Shown here one piece after another: positions 23,527-34,050 of a stretch of 64,000 nucleotides of DNA (the first letter of the stretch is position 1; each line of letters opens with the position of its first letter). The stretch comes from Bacteroidales bacterium. Lineage in GTDB: Bacteria > Bacteroidota > Bacteroidia > Bacteroidales > P3. A program made the position numbers and the translations under genes. The stretch spans positions 651 through 64,650 of the forward strand of contig JAKSMQ010000005.1 in assembly GCA_024400565.1 (NCBI GenBank), given 5' to 3'. Below the pieces are notes generated by a model. It ran no database searches. It was not told the DNA's origin and was given only the letters and a program-made list of their open reading frames with translations.

Positions 23527-24999
23527 TTAGTAGCTGCGGGCGAAGATTACGCGGCGCTTGGAAGGCTTGCCGGTAAGGATACATTTGCCTTCCTCTTCGG
23601 GAGCATCGTAGGCAATACAGCGGATGGTAGCCTTGGTGAGCTCCTTGATCTTCTCTTCGGTCTCGGTAGTACCGTCCCAATGGCAGAGGAGGAAGCCGCC
23701 TTTCTCGATCTCAACGAGGAATTCGTCCCAAGTATCAACCTTGCGGGTGTTGGCTTCGCGATAGTCGGCAGCCTTCTTGAGGAGGTTAGCCTGGATTTCG
23801 TTGAGAAGATTCTCAACGTAGTCAACGATGCCTTCGAGAGCAACATTATTCTTCTCGAGGGTGTCGCGGCGACATACCTCACAGGTACCGTTCTCGAGGT
23901 CGCGGGGACCGATGGCAAGACGTACGGGAACACCCTTGAACTCGTATTCGTTGAACTTCCAGCCGGGTTTGTATTCGGTACGGTTGTCGTACTTGACGCT
24001 GATGCCTTTCTTCTTGAGAGCCTCTACGATGGGAGCAACCTTCTCGTCCATCATGGCCAACTGCTCGTCGGTCTTGTAGATAGGAACGATAGCACATTGG
24101 ATAGGAGCGAGCTTGGGAGGAAGAACGAGACCGTTGTCGTCGCTGTGGGTCATGATGAGCGCACCCATCAAGCGGGTACTTACACCCCAAGAGGTAGCCC
24201 ATACGTGCTCGAGCTGGTTCTCTTTGTTGAGGAACTTCACGTCGAAAGCTTTGGCAAAGTTCTGACCGAGGAAGTGGCTGGTACCTGCCTGGAGGGCCTT
24301 ACCATCCTGCATCATAGCCTCAATACAATAGGTGTCGAGTGCGCCGGCAAAACGCTCGTTGGGACTCTTTACACCCTTGATGACGGGAACTGCCATAAAG
24401 TTCTCTGCAAAGTCGGCATAAACGTCGAGCATCTTGCGTGCCTCGGCTTCAGCCTCTTCGCGGGTAGCATGAGCGGTATGGCCTTCCTGCCAGAGGAACT
24501 CGGCGGTACGGAGGAACATACGGGTACGCATCTCCCAGCGGACAACGTTGGCCCACTGGTTGCAGAGGATAGGAAGGTCGCGGTAGGACTTGATCCAATT
24601 CTTATAGGTGCTCCAGATGATGGTTTCGGAGGTGGGACGTACGATGAGCTCTTCTTCGAGACGGGCTTCGGGGTCAACGATAACGCCGTTGCCTTCTTCG
24701 TTGGTCTTGAGGCGGTAGTGGGTAACTACAGCACACTCTTTAGCAAAACCCTTAACGTGGTCAGCCTCGCGGCTGAGGAAGGATTTTGGGATAAAGAGAG
24801 GAAAATAAGCATTAACGTGGCCGGTGTCCTTGAACATCTTGTCGAGGGCGTCGTGCATCTTTTCCCAGATGGCATAGCCGTAAGGTTTGATAACCATGCA
24901 GCCACGAACTGCGGAGTTCTCGGCGAGGTCGGCACGTACTACAAGCTGGTTGTACCATTCAGAGTAGTTTTCGGAGCGTTTAACAAAGTCTTTTGCCAT
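23527..24999 (-). CDS. proS: proline--tRNA ligase (archaeal/eukaryote-like type)
   Basis: [67 protein letters not shown] and a C-terminal ...VIFARSY. The ATG at 24999 (MAKDF) is preferred over the TTG at 25026. Confidence 0.92.
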   Translation of the reverse strand: MAKDFVKRSENYSEWYNQLVVRADLAENSAVRGCMVIKPYGYAIWEKMHDALDKMFKDTGHVNAYFPLFIPKSFLSREADHVKGFAKECAVVTHYRLKTNEEGNGVIVDPEARLEEELIVRPTSETIIWSTYKNWIKSYRDLPILCNQWANVVRWEMRTRMFLRTAEFLWQEGHTAHATREEAEAEARKMLDVYADFAENFMAVPVIKGVKSPNERFAGALDTYCIEAMMQDGKALQAGTSHFLGQNFAKAFDVKFLNKENQLEHVWATSWGVSTRLMGALIMTHSDDNGLVLPPKLAPIQCAIVPIYKTDEQLAMMDEKVAPIVEALKKKGISVKYDNRTEYKPGWKFNEYEFKGVPVRLAIGPRDLENGTCEVCRRDTLEKNNVALEGIVDYVENLLNEIQANLLKKAADYREANTRKVDTWDEFLVEIEKGGFLLCHWDGTTETEEKIKELTKATIRCIAYDAPEEEGKCILTGKPSKRRVIFARSY

Positions 25000-25118
25000 A
25001 GATTTCAGGTTTGGGTTAGCAGCCAATCAGCATGTTTTTGTCAAAATAGACACACATTTCTAACAGCTACTGTTTATATTTTTTTGCAATAAATCACTAT
25101 TATATGAGAAAATTTTTG

Positions 25119-25126
25119 TACTTTTG
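25119..25126 (+). promoter_or_regulatory. candidate -7 box (TACTTTTG) for the 25205 gene
   Basis: TAnnTTTG match about 79 nt upstream of the ATG. Confidence 0.45.
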
Positions 25127-25145
25127 CACTTAAGTTTTCGGGCTG

Positions 25146-25153
25146 CAAAGATA
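25146..25153 (-). promoter_or_regulatory. candidate -7 box (TATCTTTG) for proS
   Basis: The reverse complement of CAAAGATA matches TAnnTTTG, about 150 nt upstream of the proS ATG. Confidence 0.35.
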
Positions 25154-25204
25154 CTAAATAATTGCCAATAAGCAAGAAAATGAATTAAATATAAAATTAT
25201 TTAT

Positions 25205-26251
25205 ATGAAGAAGGCTCTTAAAATCAGTTTTATATGTGTGCTATTTTTTAGCATGATGCCCTCTGTCTGCAGCTTCGCACAGTCGTTAGGCGAAGGAATG
25301 GAGTATTATTATAATCCCCGTACAGGACAGAAAGCAGTCAAGGTAAAAGCCTATAAAGACACAACTGTTTCGGACAAGAGAGATACTATTATGGTCGAAC
25401 TGGTAGGCGAGTCTGCCGAACCTGAGCAGGATAGCATCGTGGGCCGTTATGATTCTACCTATTACGACTACGAGTATGCTTCGCGAATCAACCGATTCCA
25501 CAGAGGTGTAGGCTTCTCCTACTGGATGTGGGATCCTTACTGGGATTTCTACTACGGATGGGGACCTTACATGGGTTATTGTCCTTTCTGGTATGACAGC
25601 TATGATTACTGGTGCTGGGGATTCTGCTACGATTACCATTATGTGCCTGCCTACCACTATCATGGCTATGAAGCCGGATTTAGCGATAGAGGAAGAGCTG
25701 TGGGACATTCCAATCTTTCCTCGGCAGGTCCTGTAACCCAGCGTGCTGCAACCGCATCGGGCAAGCGTCTCACCAAGCCTTCTCACATAACAGAGTCGCG
25801 TCAGGCCCTCACATCGGGACGTACTACCGCCGACCGTACGGGCTATGCTCACAACGGTCAGGCTGCAACAACAGCCTCCTCGCGCAGCACCTCGGGCTAT
25901 AACAGCTATACCTCGGGCGGTGGTGTGAGAAGTAGCGCAACTACGGCTTCTGCACGCGGTACCTCCACTACGGGTGGCCGCTCTACGGTAAGTGCCCCAT
26001 CGACCTCTTCAAGTCGTAGCAGTTACGGCTCTCCAACTACCAGCCGAAGCACATTCAGAAGCTCTCCCAGCAGCATCAGTACCTCCTCGAGCAGCCGCAG
26101 CAGCTTCAGCGGATCATCCAGTTCTCACAGCAGCTCCTCGAGCAGCCGCAGTTCCTCGTCAGGATTCTCCCATTCTTCAAGCAGTCATTCAAGCTCTTCA
26201 TCCTCTCATTCTTCCAGCAGCAGTCATTCAATATCAGGCTCCCGCCGATAA
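25205..26251 (+). CDS. secreted hypothetical protein: Tyr/Trp/Asp-rich core plus very long Ser-rich tail
   Basis: Signal peptide MKKALKISFICVLFFSMMPSVCSFAQS. Aromatic block WMWDPYWDFYYGWGPYMGYCPFWYDSYDYWCWGFCYDYHYVPAYHYHGY. The last ~170 aa are dominated by S/T/R (…SSSSRSSFSGSSSSHSSSSSSRSSSSGFSHSSSSHSSSSSSHSSSSSH). Confidence 0.6.
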   Translation: MKKALKISFICVLFFSMMPSVCSFAQSLGEGMEYYYNPRTGQKAVKVKAYKDTTVSDKRDTIMVELVGESAEPEQDSIVGRYDSTYYDYEYASRINRFHRGVGFSYWMWDPYWDFYYGWGPYMGYCPFWYDSYDYWCWGFCYDYHYVPAYHYHGYEAGFSDRGRAVGHSNLSSAGPVTQRAATASGKRLTKPSHITESRQALTSGRTTADRTGYAHNGQAATTASSRSTSGYNSYTSGGGVRSSATTASARGTSTTGGRSTVSAPSTSSSRSSYGSPTTSRSTFRSSPSSISTSSSSRSSFSGSSSSHSSSSSSRSSSSGFSHSSSSHSSSSSSHSSSSSHSISGSRR

Positions 26252-26284
26252 TTATTCAACAAATATCTCATACAAAGATACAAA

Positions 26285-27418
26285 ATGAAAAAGACATTTG
26301 TCCTCATACTCACCCTCGCTCTGTTGAGCACTTCCGCATTTGCTCAAAGCAAGAAACGTAACAAAAAAACAGAGAAGCCAGCAAAAGAACAGAAAACCGA
26401 AACTTCAAATCGTCGGGTTAAGAATATCATCTTCCTTGTCGGAGACGGTATGGGAACGGCTCAGGTCTATGCCTCCATCGTGGCCAAGCAGGATCAGTCG
26501 GCATTTCTCCGCTTCCCCTTCTCGGGTTTTTCGCGCACCTATTCCAACAACAAATATACCACAGACTCGGGTGCCGGCGGCTCAGCACTAATGACCGGCC
26601 ATAAGGTCAACAACAGTACCATAGCCCAGTCGCCCGACGGAGAGATATATCCCTCCTTCCTCAAGGTAGCACACGATGAGATGGGTAAAGCTACCGGCTT
26701 TGTAGTAAGCTGCAACGTGCTTGATGCAACCCCAAGTTCAACCTATGCCCATGTGGCCGAACGTCATATGTGGGACGAAATAAGCATGCAAATGGCACTC
26801 TGCGACCATGATGTCATGATAGGAGCCAATATCAACGCCTTCCTTCCCGGCAACCGCAAGGACGGAAAGTCGCCTCTCGACACACTCGAGAAGCGTGGCT
26901 ATACCATCATAACCGATATGCAGGAACTGATTGCTACCAAGGATAAAAAATACTGTGCCCTGCTTAGCGACGACGATGCTCCCGGAGATGCAGAAAAACG
27001 CGACAACTGGCTTGTTCCCTCTACCGTAAAGGCTATCGAGACTCTGTCGAAAGACAAGGATGGTTTCATCCTGATGATAGAAGGTTCCCAGATAGACTGG
27101 GCCGGTCACAATAACGATTTTCCCTATATGCTGAAGGAGTTGAACGAGTTTGAGCTGGTGCTCAACTATGTACTCAACTTTGCAGAACAGGATGGAGAGA
27201 CTCTCGTCGTTGTAACAGCAGACCATGAAACAGGCGGACTTACCCTCAACGACGGCAATATCGATGATGGAGAGACCTCTGCTCCCATGTTTACTACCGG
27301 CAGCCATACCGGCGTTATGGTACCTGTCTTCTCTTATGGTCCTGGCGCAGAACTCTTCTCGGGCGTACAGCAGAATACCTCTTTCTTTGACAAATTTATG
27401 TCTCTTCTCAAGAAATAG
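26285..27418 (+). CDS. alkaline phosphatase
   Basis: Signal peptide, then IIFLVGDGMG (metal-binding Asp), TDSGAGGSALMTGHK (nucleophile Ser region) and VVTADHETGG. Confidence 0.88.
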   Translation: MKKTFVLILTLALLSTSAFAQSKKRNKKTEKPAKEQKTETSNRRVKNIIFLVGDGMGTAQVYASIVAKQDQSAFLRFPFSGFSRTYSNNKYTTDSGAGGSALMTGHKVNNSTIAQSPDGEIYPSFLKVAHDEMGKATGFVVSCNVLDATPSSTYAHVAERHMWDEISMQMALCDHDVMIGANINAFLPGNRKDGKSPLDTLEKRGYTIITDMQELIATKDKKYCALLSDDDAPGDAEKRDNWLVPSTVKAIETLSKDKDGFILMIEGSQIDWAGHNNDFPYMLKELNEFELVLNYVLNFAEQDGETLVVVTADHETGGLTLNDGNIDDGETSAPMFTTGSHTGVMVPVFSYGPGAELFSGVQQNTSFFDKFMSLLKK

Positions 27419-27438
27419 CCTTCCGCTTCTTTCTCATT

Positions 27439-28272
27439 ATGAAACGAAACTCATTTATAATCTTTCTTATTGCGGGTCTGCTGGGATTCCTCCCGCAGTC
27501 GTACTCGCAGGAAATATCTCATGTCGACCCACTTGCCTGTCCTATCATAGGCGTCAATTTTGGCGTAATGGCCCCTTCGGCAGCACTCTCAAAGGCTGTT
27601 ACACCCGAAGGACTCAGGGTTGGCGGCACTATGGCAGATATGTATCTGCCCCCTTATCTCAACTTTGGCGTAGATTTTGCCTATAAGTACAAGAACAACT
27701 GGCTGCTGACGCTTGACGGCAATATCTTCTTCGGTTCAGATAATCTCGATCATCGTGTAGAGCGTATGAGTGATCTCTACACCCTCGACAGCATTATTCC
27801 CGGTACAAACGGTATGGATGCCGTAGTTACCTGCTACAACCGTGGGTTCAGTCTCAAGGCTGGCGTAGGCAAGATATTCAACTTTAACGACAAGAATCCC
27901 AACTCGGGTCTGCTGGCCAAGGTTAGCGGCGGCTGGATGATGAACCAGACTGTCTTTATGATAAACGAGGTAAATGCACCCCAGATAGACAAACCTTACA
28001 ACCGTTTATACGACCACCAGCGTTCGGGATTCATGCTTACCGAAAGCCTGGGATATATGTTTATGAGCAATCATCGTACGTTGGTAAATATGTATGTTGC
28101 CTTTGAGGTCAGTCAGAGCTGGACACGTTCAACCCGCGACTATATAATTGACGATTATATGGGTCTCCGCGGACCTGACAAGAACAAGTATTTTGACCTG
28201 CTCTATTCCTTAAAAGTTTGCTGGATGTTCCCTCTTACAGGAAAACCAGTCTATGACTACTATTACTTTTAG
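27439..28272 (+). CDS. hypothetical outer-membrane beta-barrel protein
   Basis: Signal peptide, alternating amphipathic strands and a C-terminal ...YDYYYF aromatic terminus. Starts 20 nt after the phosphatase gene. Confidence 0.5.
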   Translation: MKRNSFIIFLIAGLLGFLPQSYSQEISHVDPLACPIIGVNFGVMAPSAALSKAVTPEGLRVGGTMADMYLPPYLNFGVDFAYKYKNNWLLTLDGNIFFGSDNLDHRVERMSDLYTLDSIIPGTNGMDAVVTCYNRGFSLKAGVGKIFNFNDKNPNSGLLAKVSGGWMMNQTVFMINEVNAPQIDKPYNRLYDHQRSGFMLTESLGYMFMSNHRTLVNMYVAFEVSQSWTRSTRDYIIDDYMGLRGPDKNKYFDLLYSLKVCWMFPLTGKPVYDYYYF

Positions 28273-28333
28273 ACCGTAACAAGTAATTCTAACTGCCCCA
28301 ACTTCCCTATCTACTACTAAAAGAAAATCCGTT

Positions 28334-29560
28334 TTGAGACTACTCTATACAATTGGTATCCGATTCTATACCCTCGGCGTTCGTGTCGCTTCGCTCTGGA
28401 ATCCTAAAGCCAGGCAGATGTGCCAGGGATGGCAACGTCTGTTTGAGAAAATACCCGATCAGCGGATTGGGGAGGGTAAGACAGCCTGGTTTCATGCCTC
28501 TTCGTTAGGAGAGTTCGAACAGGCCCGTCCCGTATTGGAACAATTCAAGCGCGAACATCCCGACTATAGAATCTGTCTGACATTCTTCTCTCCTTCAGGA
28601 TATGAAGTTCGGAGGAACTATGCAGAAGCAGATATCATCTGCTATCTGCCTATGGATACACCCAGAAATGCCCGTGAGTTTGTCCGTCTCATCAATCCTA
28701 CGATAGCATTCTTCGTCAAGTATGACTTCTGGTTCAATTATCTCTCCGAGCTAAAGAAACGGCAGGTGCCTACCTATATCTTTTCTGCTATCTTCCGTCC
28801 TGGCCAGTATTTCTTCCGCTGGTATGGAGGATGGTTCCGCAGACAGTTGAACTGCTATACCCACCTGTTTGTGCAGAACGAAGAGTCGTTGAATCTGTTA
28901 AGAAAATATGGCATAAACCATTGTTCTCTGGCAGGGGATACCCGCTTTGACCGCGTGGCTGATATCGCTAAGACGGCTAAAAGATTCCCTGAGATAGAGT
29001 CTTTCATAGACGGAAAGCCTGTCCTAATGGCAGGAAGCAGCTGGGTGCCTGACGAGAATTATCTCAAGTATTGTGTTGAACACTACAAGGGAGACCTCAA
29101 GGTCGTGCTGGCTCCCCACGTGATAAGCGAAGACCATCTGGAGATTATTGAGGCACTTTTCGGGAAAGAGAATTGTGTCCGTTACACCAGGATGCAAGGA
29201 GAATCCCATAAAGATAAAAAGGTGCTGATAGTTGATACTATAGGTATGTTGTCAAGTCTTTATCAGTATGCCAGAGTAGCCTATATCGGTGGAGCATTCG
29301 GCCATGGATTACACAATACATTAGAGGCACTTACCTTCGGCAAACCAGTATGTTTTGGCCCCAAATACACCAAGTTTCAGGAGGCAAAAGATATTCTGGA
29401 GCAGGGTGGGGGATATACCTATACCGATCCGGAATTATTGTTGCAGCAGCTTCGTCTTTGGTTTGACGACGAAGAGGCCTATGATAAAGCATCCCAGGTA
29501 TGTCTCGACTATGTGAAAGCAAATCTCGGTTCAACCCAAAAGATACTTGGCCGGCTATGA
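28334..29560 (+). CDS. waaA: 3-deoxy-D-manno-octulosonic acid (Kdo) transferase
   Basis: WFHASSLGEFEQARPVLE and the GT-B C-terminal half (VDTIGMLSSLYQYARVAYIGGAF). TTG start at 28334. Confidence 0.88.
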   Translation: MRLLYTIGIRFYTLGVRVASLWNPKARQMCQGWQRLFEKIPDQRIGEGKTAWFHASSLGEFEQARPVLEQFKREHPDYRICLTFFSPSGYEVRRNYAEADIICYLPMDTPRNAREFVRLINPTIAFFVKYDFWFNYLSELKKRQVPTYIFSAIFRPGQYFFRWYGGWFRRQLNCYTHLFVQNEESLNLLRKYGINHCSLAGDTRFDRVADIAKTAKRFPEIESFIDGKPVLMAGSSWVPDENYLKYCVEHYKGDLKVVLAPHVISEDHLEIIEALFGKENCVRYTRMQGESHKDKKVLIVDTIGMLSSLYQYARVAYIGGAFGHGLHNTLEALTFGKPVCFGPKYTKFQEAKDILEQGGGYTYTDPELLLQQLRLWFDDEEAYDKASQVCLDYVKANLGSTQKILGRL

Positions 29561-31968
29561 AACAGTTGAGATATCTTCTGCCTGTGATTTGGGTATGGCT
29601 GCTGGCATCGTGTAGCGTAGATAAATATGTTACACCTACCGACAGAATACTGCGTCATAGCCATTTTGAGGTAGAAATGCCCGATGGTGGTATTCCTCCC
29701 AAGGAGATAACCGATGCACTAGCCGGCATGAAGAACTACGAAGTGCAGAGTCCCAACAAAAGTATTCTTGGTATTTACCGGTTCAAGATGAGGGAATACT
29801 GCTTGGCTAATCCCAACAGCGAAGGATGGATAAGCCGTTATCTCCGACGTGAGGGAGAAGTTCCGGTAGTGTTCGATCCTAATGCAGCTATCCGTACGGC
29901 CCAGCAATTGCAGTCCCTTCTAGAGACTAAAGGCTGTTTTAATTCTGTCGTAGAGTTTGATACACTCAACGGCAAGAATCACGATATGGATATTACCTAT
30001 CGTTTGAAACCTTCGCCCCGATTCAGGATTGACCAGGTCCGTTATCGTTGTGAAAGTAGCGATGTTACCAAATTGCTGCAGGACAAGAAGGATGAGTCGG
30101 CTCTCAAGGTAGGAGATTATTATGATCAGAACAATATCGCTTCGGAGCGCGAGCGTATTACCAAGAATCTCCGTAACGAGGGTTATTATTACCTGACAAA
30201 AGACAATATCATCTTTCTGATAGATACCACCTATAAAGACGGAGCCTTGAGTATAGAGATAGATGTTCGTAATCCCAAGATACGAACCGAAAACAATACC
30301 CTCAAGGATGTTCCGTTTCAGAAATATCGTATTGACAAAATCTACTTCTACCCCAATGGTAATCCTTCTCAGGGTGTAGATACGCTTATCTATCCATATA
30401 CTCTCAATAATCGCACCACGAATTATTTCTTCCTGAATCCGGAAGAAATGACCCTCAACCCCAGGGTGGTGGCACGATCAATGTTCCTGTTCCACAATCT
30501 GCTTTATAGAGACCGCAATGTGGAGAGAACCTATAACTCACTTATTAATCTTCGCAACTTCAAGTATATTGATATCGAGTTTACCCCTTCGCCCAATTCA
30601 ACGGTCGATTCTGCCAAACTGGATGCCCATGTAAAGTTTATTCCGGGCAACAAACAGAGAATCTCTTTATCAATGGAGGTTAACAACTCCTCTCCCTATG
30701 GCAGTAGTCTTCAGACAGGTCTCAATAGCGGTAACTTCGGGTTGGAGACGGTTCTTTCTTATCAGAACAAGAATCTTTTTGGAGGAGCAGAGTTGCTCAA
30801 TATAGAGGGTTCTTTCCTGATAGAGATGCCTAAACTCTTTCTTACAGACCGAGAAAGCAATTCAATATCGGCGTTTGAATCGGGTGTCAATATGACACTC
30901 GACCTCCCTACGTTGCTGGTTCCTTTCAACGGAGATGTCTTCTGGCAGAGATCAAAGCCTCATACCGTATTCGGTTTGGGTATCAATTACCAGGATAGAG
31001 AATATTTTGAACGTCTGCTGGCCAATATCTCCTTCGGTTACAACTGGAGTGAACGTAGCAATGTAAAGCATCAGCTTTTGCCTATAGAACTTACATTTGC
31101 CCGTTTCTATGATATTGATCCCAATTTCTGGGACCGTATTCAGAGTATTGCCAACAACGGCCGTCTAAAGTATCAATACAGCAGTCACTTCATCTTTGAT
31201 GCACGTTACGACTATCTGTATACAAACCAGCAGTTTGGCTCCAGAAAGGATTTTACCTCCTTCAATATGACCATCGAGACGGCAGGTAATCTGGTTGAAG
31301 GACTGCATCGTCTTGTCGGCGGTCCTTCGGATACCAATGGCGTAGGTCTGGTATATGGTGTGCCCTATTCCCAATATGTACGTTTCAACAGCGAACTGAA
31401 ACATTATTTCTATCATGGCCAAAAGGGCTGGTTTGTAACCAGACTGCTATTGGGTGTGGGTCTGCCTTATGGGAATTCCTCTCAGATGCAGATGCCCTAT
31501 GAGAAGAGTTTCTTCGGAGGTGGTCCTACTACAATGCGAGCCTGGCATCTGCGCCGTTTAGGTCCTGGACTCTATCATCACGATGGTAATACCATCTTTG
31601 AACGTACCGGAGATATGACCCTGGTGCTCAATCTTGAAGAACGTTATCATCTCTTTGGAATCTTTGAAGGAGCACTCTTCGTCGATATAGGAAACGTATG
31701 GCTGATATACAATAATAATGAACTGGCAGGGGGACGATTCTCGTTTAAGGATTTCTTGCCCTCTCTTGCAGTAGGTACAGGATTGGGACTGCGTGCCAAT
31801 ATATCTATTCTTACCCTACGTCTCGATGTGGGTTTGCCTGTCTATGACCCAGGATATGAGTCAGAACAGCGTTTCCGCTTGCTTCGTTGGCATTCCTATC
31901 CATGGAATATCAGAAAGTCGCAGTTCGGACCTATTACATTTAATATAGGAATTGATTATCCATTCTAA
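29557..31968 (+). CDS. BamA/TamA-family outer-membrane protein
   Basis: The lipoprotein-like start MKQLRYLLPVIWVWLLASCS at 29557 overlaps the waaA stop (ATGA). The C-terminal Omp85 barrel has FFGGGPTTMRAWHLRRLGPG and ...NIGIDYPF. Confidence 0.8.
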   Translation: MKQLRYLLPVIWVWLLASCSVDKYVTPTDRILRHSHFEVEMPDGGIPPKEITDALAGMKNYEVQSPNKSILGIYRFKMREYCLANPNSEGWISRYLRREGEVPVVFDPNAAIRTAQQLQSLLETKGCFNSVVEFDTLNGKNHDMDITYRLKPSPRFRIDQVRYRCESSDVTKLLQDKKDESALKVGDYYDQNNIASERERITKNLRNEGYYYLTKDNIIFLIDTTYKDGALSIEIDVRNPKIRTENNTLKDVPFQKYRIDKIYFYPNGNPSQGVDTLIYPYTLNNRTTNYFFLNPEEMTLNPRVVARSMFLFHNLLYRDRNVERTYNSLINLRNFKYIDIEFTPSPNSTVDSAKLDAHVKFIPGNKQRISLSMEVNNSSPYGSSLQTGLNSGNFGLETVLSYQNKNLFGGAELLNIEGSFLIEMPKLFLTDRESNSISAFESGVNMTLDLPTLLVPFNGDVFWQRSKPHTVFGLGINYQDREYFERLLANISFGYNWSERSNVKHQLLPIELTFARFYDIDPNFWDRIQSIANNGRLKYQYSSHFIFDARYDYLYTNQQFGSRKDFTSFNMTIETAGNLVEGLHRLVGGPSDTNGVGLVYGVPYSQYVRFNSELKHYFYHGQKGWFVTRLLLGVGLPYGNSSQMQMPYEKSFFGGGPTTMRAWHLRRLGPGLYHHDGNTIFERTGDMTLVLNLEERYHLFGIFEGALFVDIGNVWLIYNNNELAGGRFSFKDFLPSLAVGTGLGLRANISILTLRLDVGLPVYDPGYESEQRFRLLRWHSYPWNIRKSQFGPITFNIGIDYPF

Positions 31969-31982
31969 TATGGTTTAAGAAT

Positions 31983-32957
31983 ATGAATACATTTAAGGAA
32001 TTATTGACTAAGGTAAAGGACCTTTTTGAGAAAGAGAACTTTGTTTTCGAACCTCGCGGTCTTTATGATCCTATTGATTATACATTGTCGCTTGGAGGCA
32101 AACGTATCCGCCCTGTGCTGCTCATGGCTGCTAACGAGATGTTTGGCGGCAAAGCAGAAGAGGTGGCTCATGCCGCTCTGGGTATAGAGACATTCCATAA
32201 CTTTACTCTTCTGCACGATGATTTGATGGACCGTTCTCCTATTCGTAGAGGAATGCCGACAGTATTCCGTAAATGGAACGACAATACAGCTATCCTTTCG
32301 GGAGATACTATGTTTGCTCTAGCATGGCGCTATTTCCTGCGTCAGCCTCATGCCAACCTTCAGTCTATTCTCAATACCTTCAATGAGACTGCAATTGAGG
32401 TTTGTGAAGGACAGCAGTTCGATATGGATTTCGAGACCAGATCGGATGTAACGATTAGCGAGTATATCGAAATGATAAGGCTTAAGACGGCCGTCCTTCT
32501 TGCAGGAGCTCTAAAAATAGGTGCACTCTATGCCAATGCACCTGCGGCTGATATTGAACATCTTTATCAGTTTGGTATACATGCTGGTCTTGCATTCCAG
32601 TTGCAGGATGACTGGCTTGACTCTTTTGGTGATACTGCTACTTTCGGCAAACAGACCGGAACAGATATTAAGGACAATAAGAAGACATATCTCTTCCTTA
32701 AAGCCTTGGAGCAGTCTAATCCCGAACAGCATAATCAACTGACGTTACTTTTTAGTAATAATCCGGAAGATGCTGATTCAAAGGTAAAAGAAGTACTGTC
32801 AATATACGAAAAACTTAATATCCGCACACTCACAGAGCAGGCTATCGAAGAGGAATTTCATCTTGCAGAAGAGTCTCTAAAGGCAATACAGCTACCCGAG
32901 GAAAGAAAGTCAACATTATACGAAATTTCCAGGTCTCTATTGGGAAGGGATAAGTAG
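31983..32957 (+). CDS. polyprenyl diphosphate synthase (trans-isoprenyl diphosphate synthase family)
   Basis: First Asp-rich motif LLHDDLMD and second motif FQLQDDWLD. Confidence 0.88.
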   Translation: MNTFKELLTKVKDLFEKENFVFEPRGLYDPIDYTLSLGGKRIRPVLLMAANEMFGGKAEEVAHAALGIETFHNFTLLHDDLMDRSPIRRGMPTVFRKWNDNTAILSGDTMFALAWRYFLRQPHANLQSILNTFNETAIEVCEGQQFDMDFETRSDVTISEYIEMIRLKTAVLLAGALKIGALYANAPAADIEHLYQFGIHAGLAFQLQDDWLDSFGDTATFGKQTGTDIKDNKKTYLFLKALEQSNPEQHNQLTLLFSNNPEDADSKVKEVLSIYEKLNIRTLTEQAIEEEFHLAEESLKAIQLPEERKSTLYEISRSLLGRDK

Positions 32958-33065
32958 ACTCGGAAGTCTGTTGTTTATGCCCTTTCGTATAGGATAAAAA
33001 GGCCTCTTGTGGTATCTCTCAAGAGTCGTGTCTGCAACTTTTTTTTGAGAAAAATGCAGAAATAA

Positions 33066-33096
33066 TTTGACAATTCAGACATTTTTGCTAACTTTG
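33066..33096 (+). promoter_or_regulatory. canonical Bacteroidetes promoter (-33 TTTG, -7 TAACTTTG) for the exbB cluster
   Basis: TTTG at 33066-33069 and TAACTTTG at 33089-33096, separated by a 19-nt spacer. The ATG at 33161 lies about 65 nt downstream. Confidence 0.6.
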
Positions 33097-33160
33097 CAAA
33101 TTATTGTAATACTATTGAAATAAATTAACTAATTAATAATCTAAACATTAAAGAACAATC

Positions 33161-33994
33161 ATGAAAAAAGTATTTGCTCTGATGTCGATAGTTGGACTAT
33201 TGGCATTCACAAATTTCAATGGTTTGATGGCTCAGCCCCAGGCTACCGAGGCTACCGCTCCCCAGACTGAGCAGGTAGAAGGTACTAATGATTCCGCTGC
33301 TCCTCAGGTTGCTGAAGCAGAACAGGCTCCCGTAGAAGAGGCTGCTGCTCCCGCTTCTGACGAAAAAACCTTCCACCAGGTATTGAAAGAGAAATATATC
33401 CAAGGTGGTGCAGGCTGGATGACCCCCGTGCTCCTCTGCCTTATCCTCGGTATGGCTCTCGTTATCGAGCGTATCCTTTATCTCAACATGGCTACCACCA
33501 ATGTTAAGAAACTTCTCGCTGGTATTGAAGAGAATGTAAAGAAAGGTGACTACAATGCTGCTAAGGAACTTTGCCGCAGCACCCGTGGTCCTGTAGCTAG
33601 CATCTTCTATCAGGGTCTCGACCGCGTAAGCGAAGGTCTTGAAAACGTAGAAAAGGCTGTTACTTCCTATGGTGGCGTTATGATGGCTCGCCTCGAAAGC
33701 AACATGACCTGGATTGCTCTGTTCATCGCTCTTGCTCCTTCTTTCGGATTCCTCGGTACCGTTATCGGTATGGTACAGGCATTCGATGATATCGAAGCTG
33801 CTGGTGATATTAGCCCCACCGTTGTTGCTGGTGGTATGAAGGTTGCTCTTCTTACTACCGTATTCGGTCTTATCGTAGCTATCGTTCTTCAGATTTTCTA
33901 CAACTACATCCTTACCAAGATTGAGAGCCTCGTTGCTGAAATGGAAGATGGTTCCATCTCTTTCATGGATATCCTCGTAAAGAACCAGAAATAA
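33161..33994 (+). CDS. exbB: MotA/TolQ/ExbB proton-channel protein
   Basis: Signal/TM, then a Pro/Ala/Glu/Gln-rich spacer, then the conserved C-terminal TM pair (LAPSFGFLGTVIGMVQAF, ALLTTVFGLIVAIVLQIFYNY). Confidence 0.85.
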   Translation: MKKVFALMSIVGLLAFTNFNGLMAQPQATEATAPQTEQVEGTNDSAAPQVAEAEQAPVEEAAAPASDEKTFHQVLKEKYIQGGAGWMTPVLLCLILGMALVIERILYLNMATTNVKKLLAGIEENVKKGDYNAAKELCRSTRGPVASIFYQGLDRVSEGLENVEKAVTSYGGVMMARLESNMTWIALFIALAPSFGFLGTVIGMVQAFDDIEAAGDISPTVVAGGMKVALLTTVFGLIVAIVLQIFYNYILTKIESLVAEMEDGSISFMDILVKNQK

Positions 33995-34050
33995 TAGTTC
34001 TAAGGACTAAATATAAATAATACTTTAATCTTTTAATCCTTTTAACTGTT

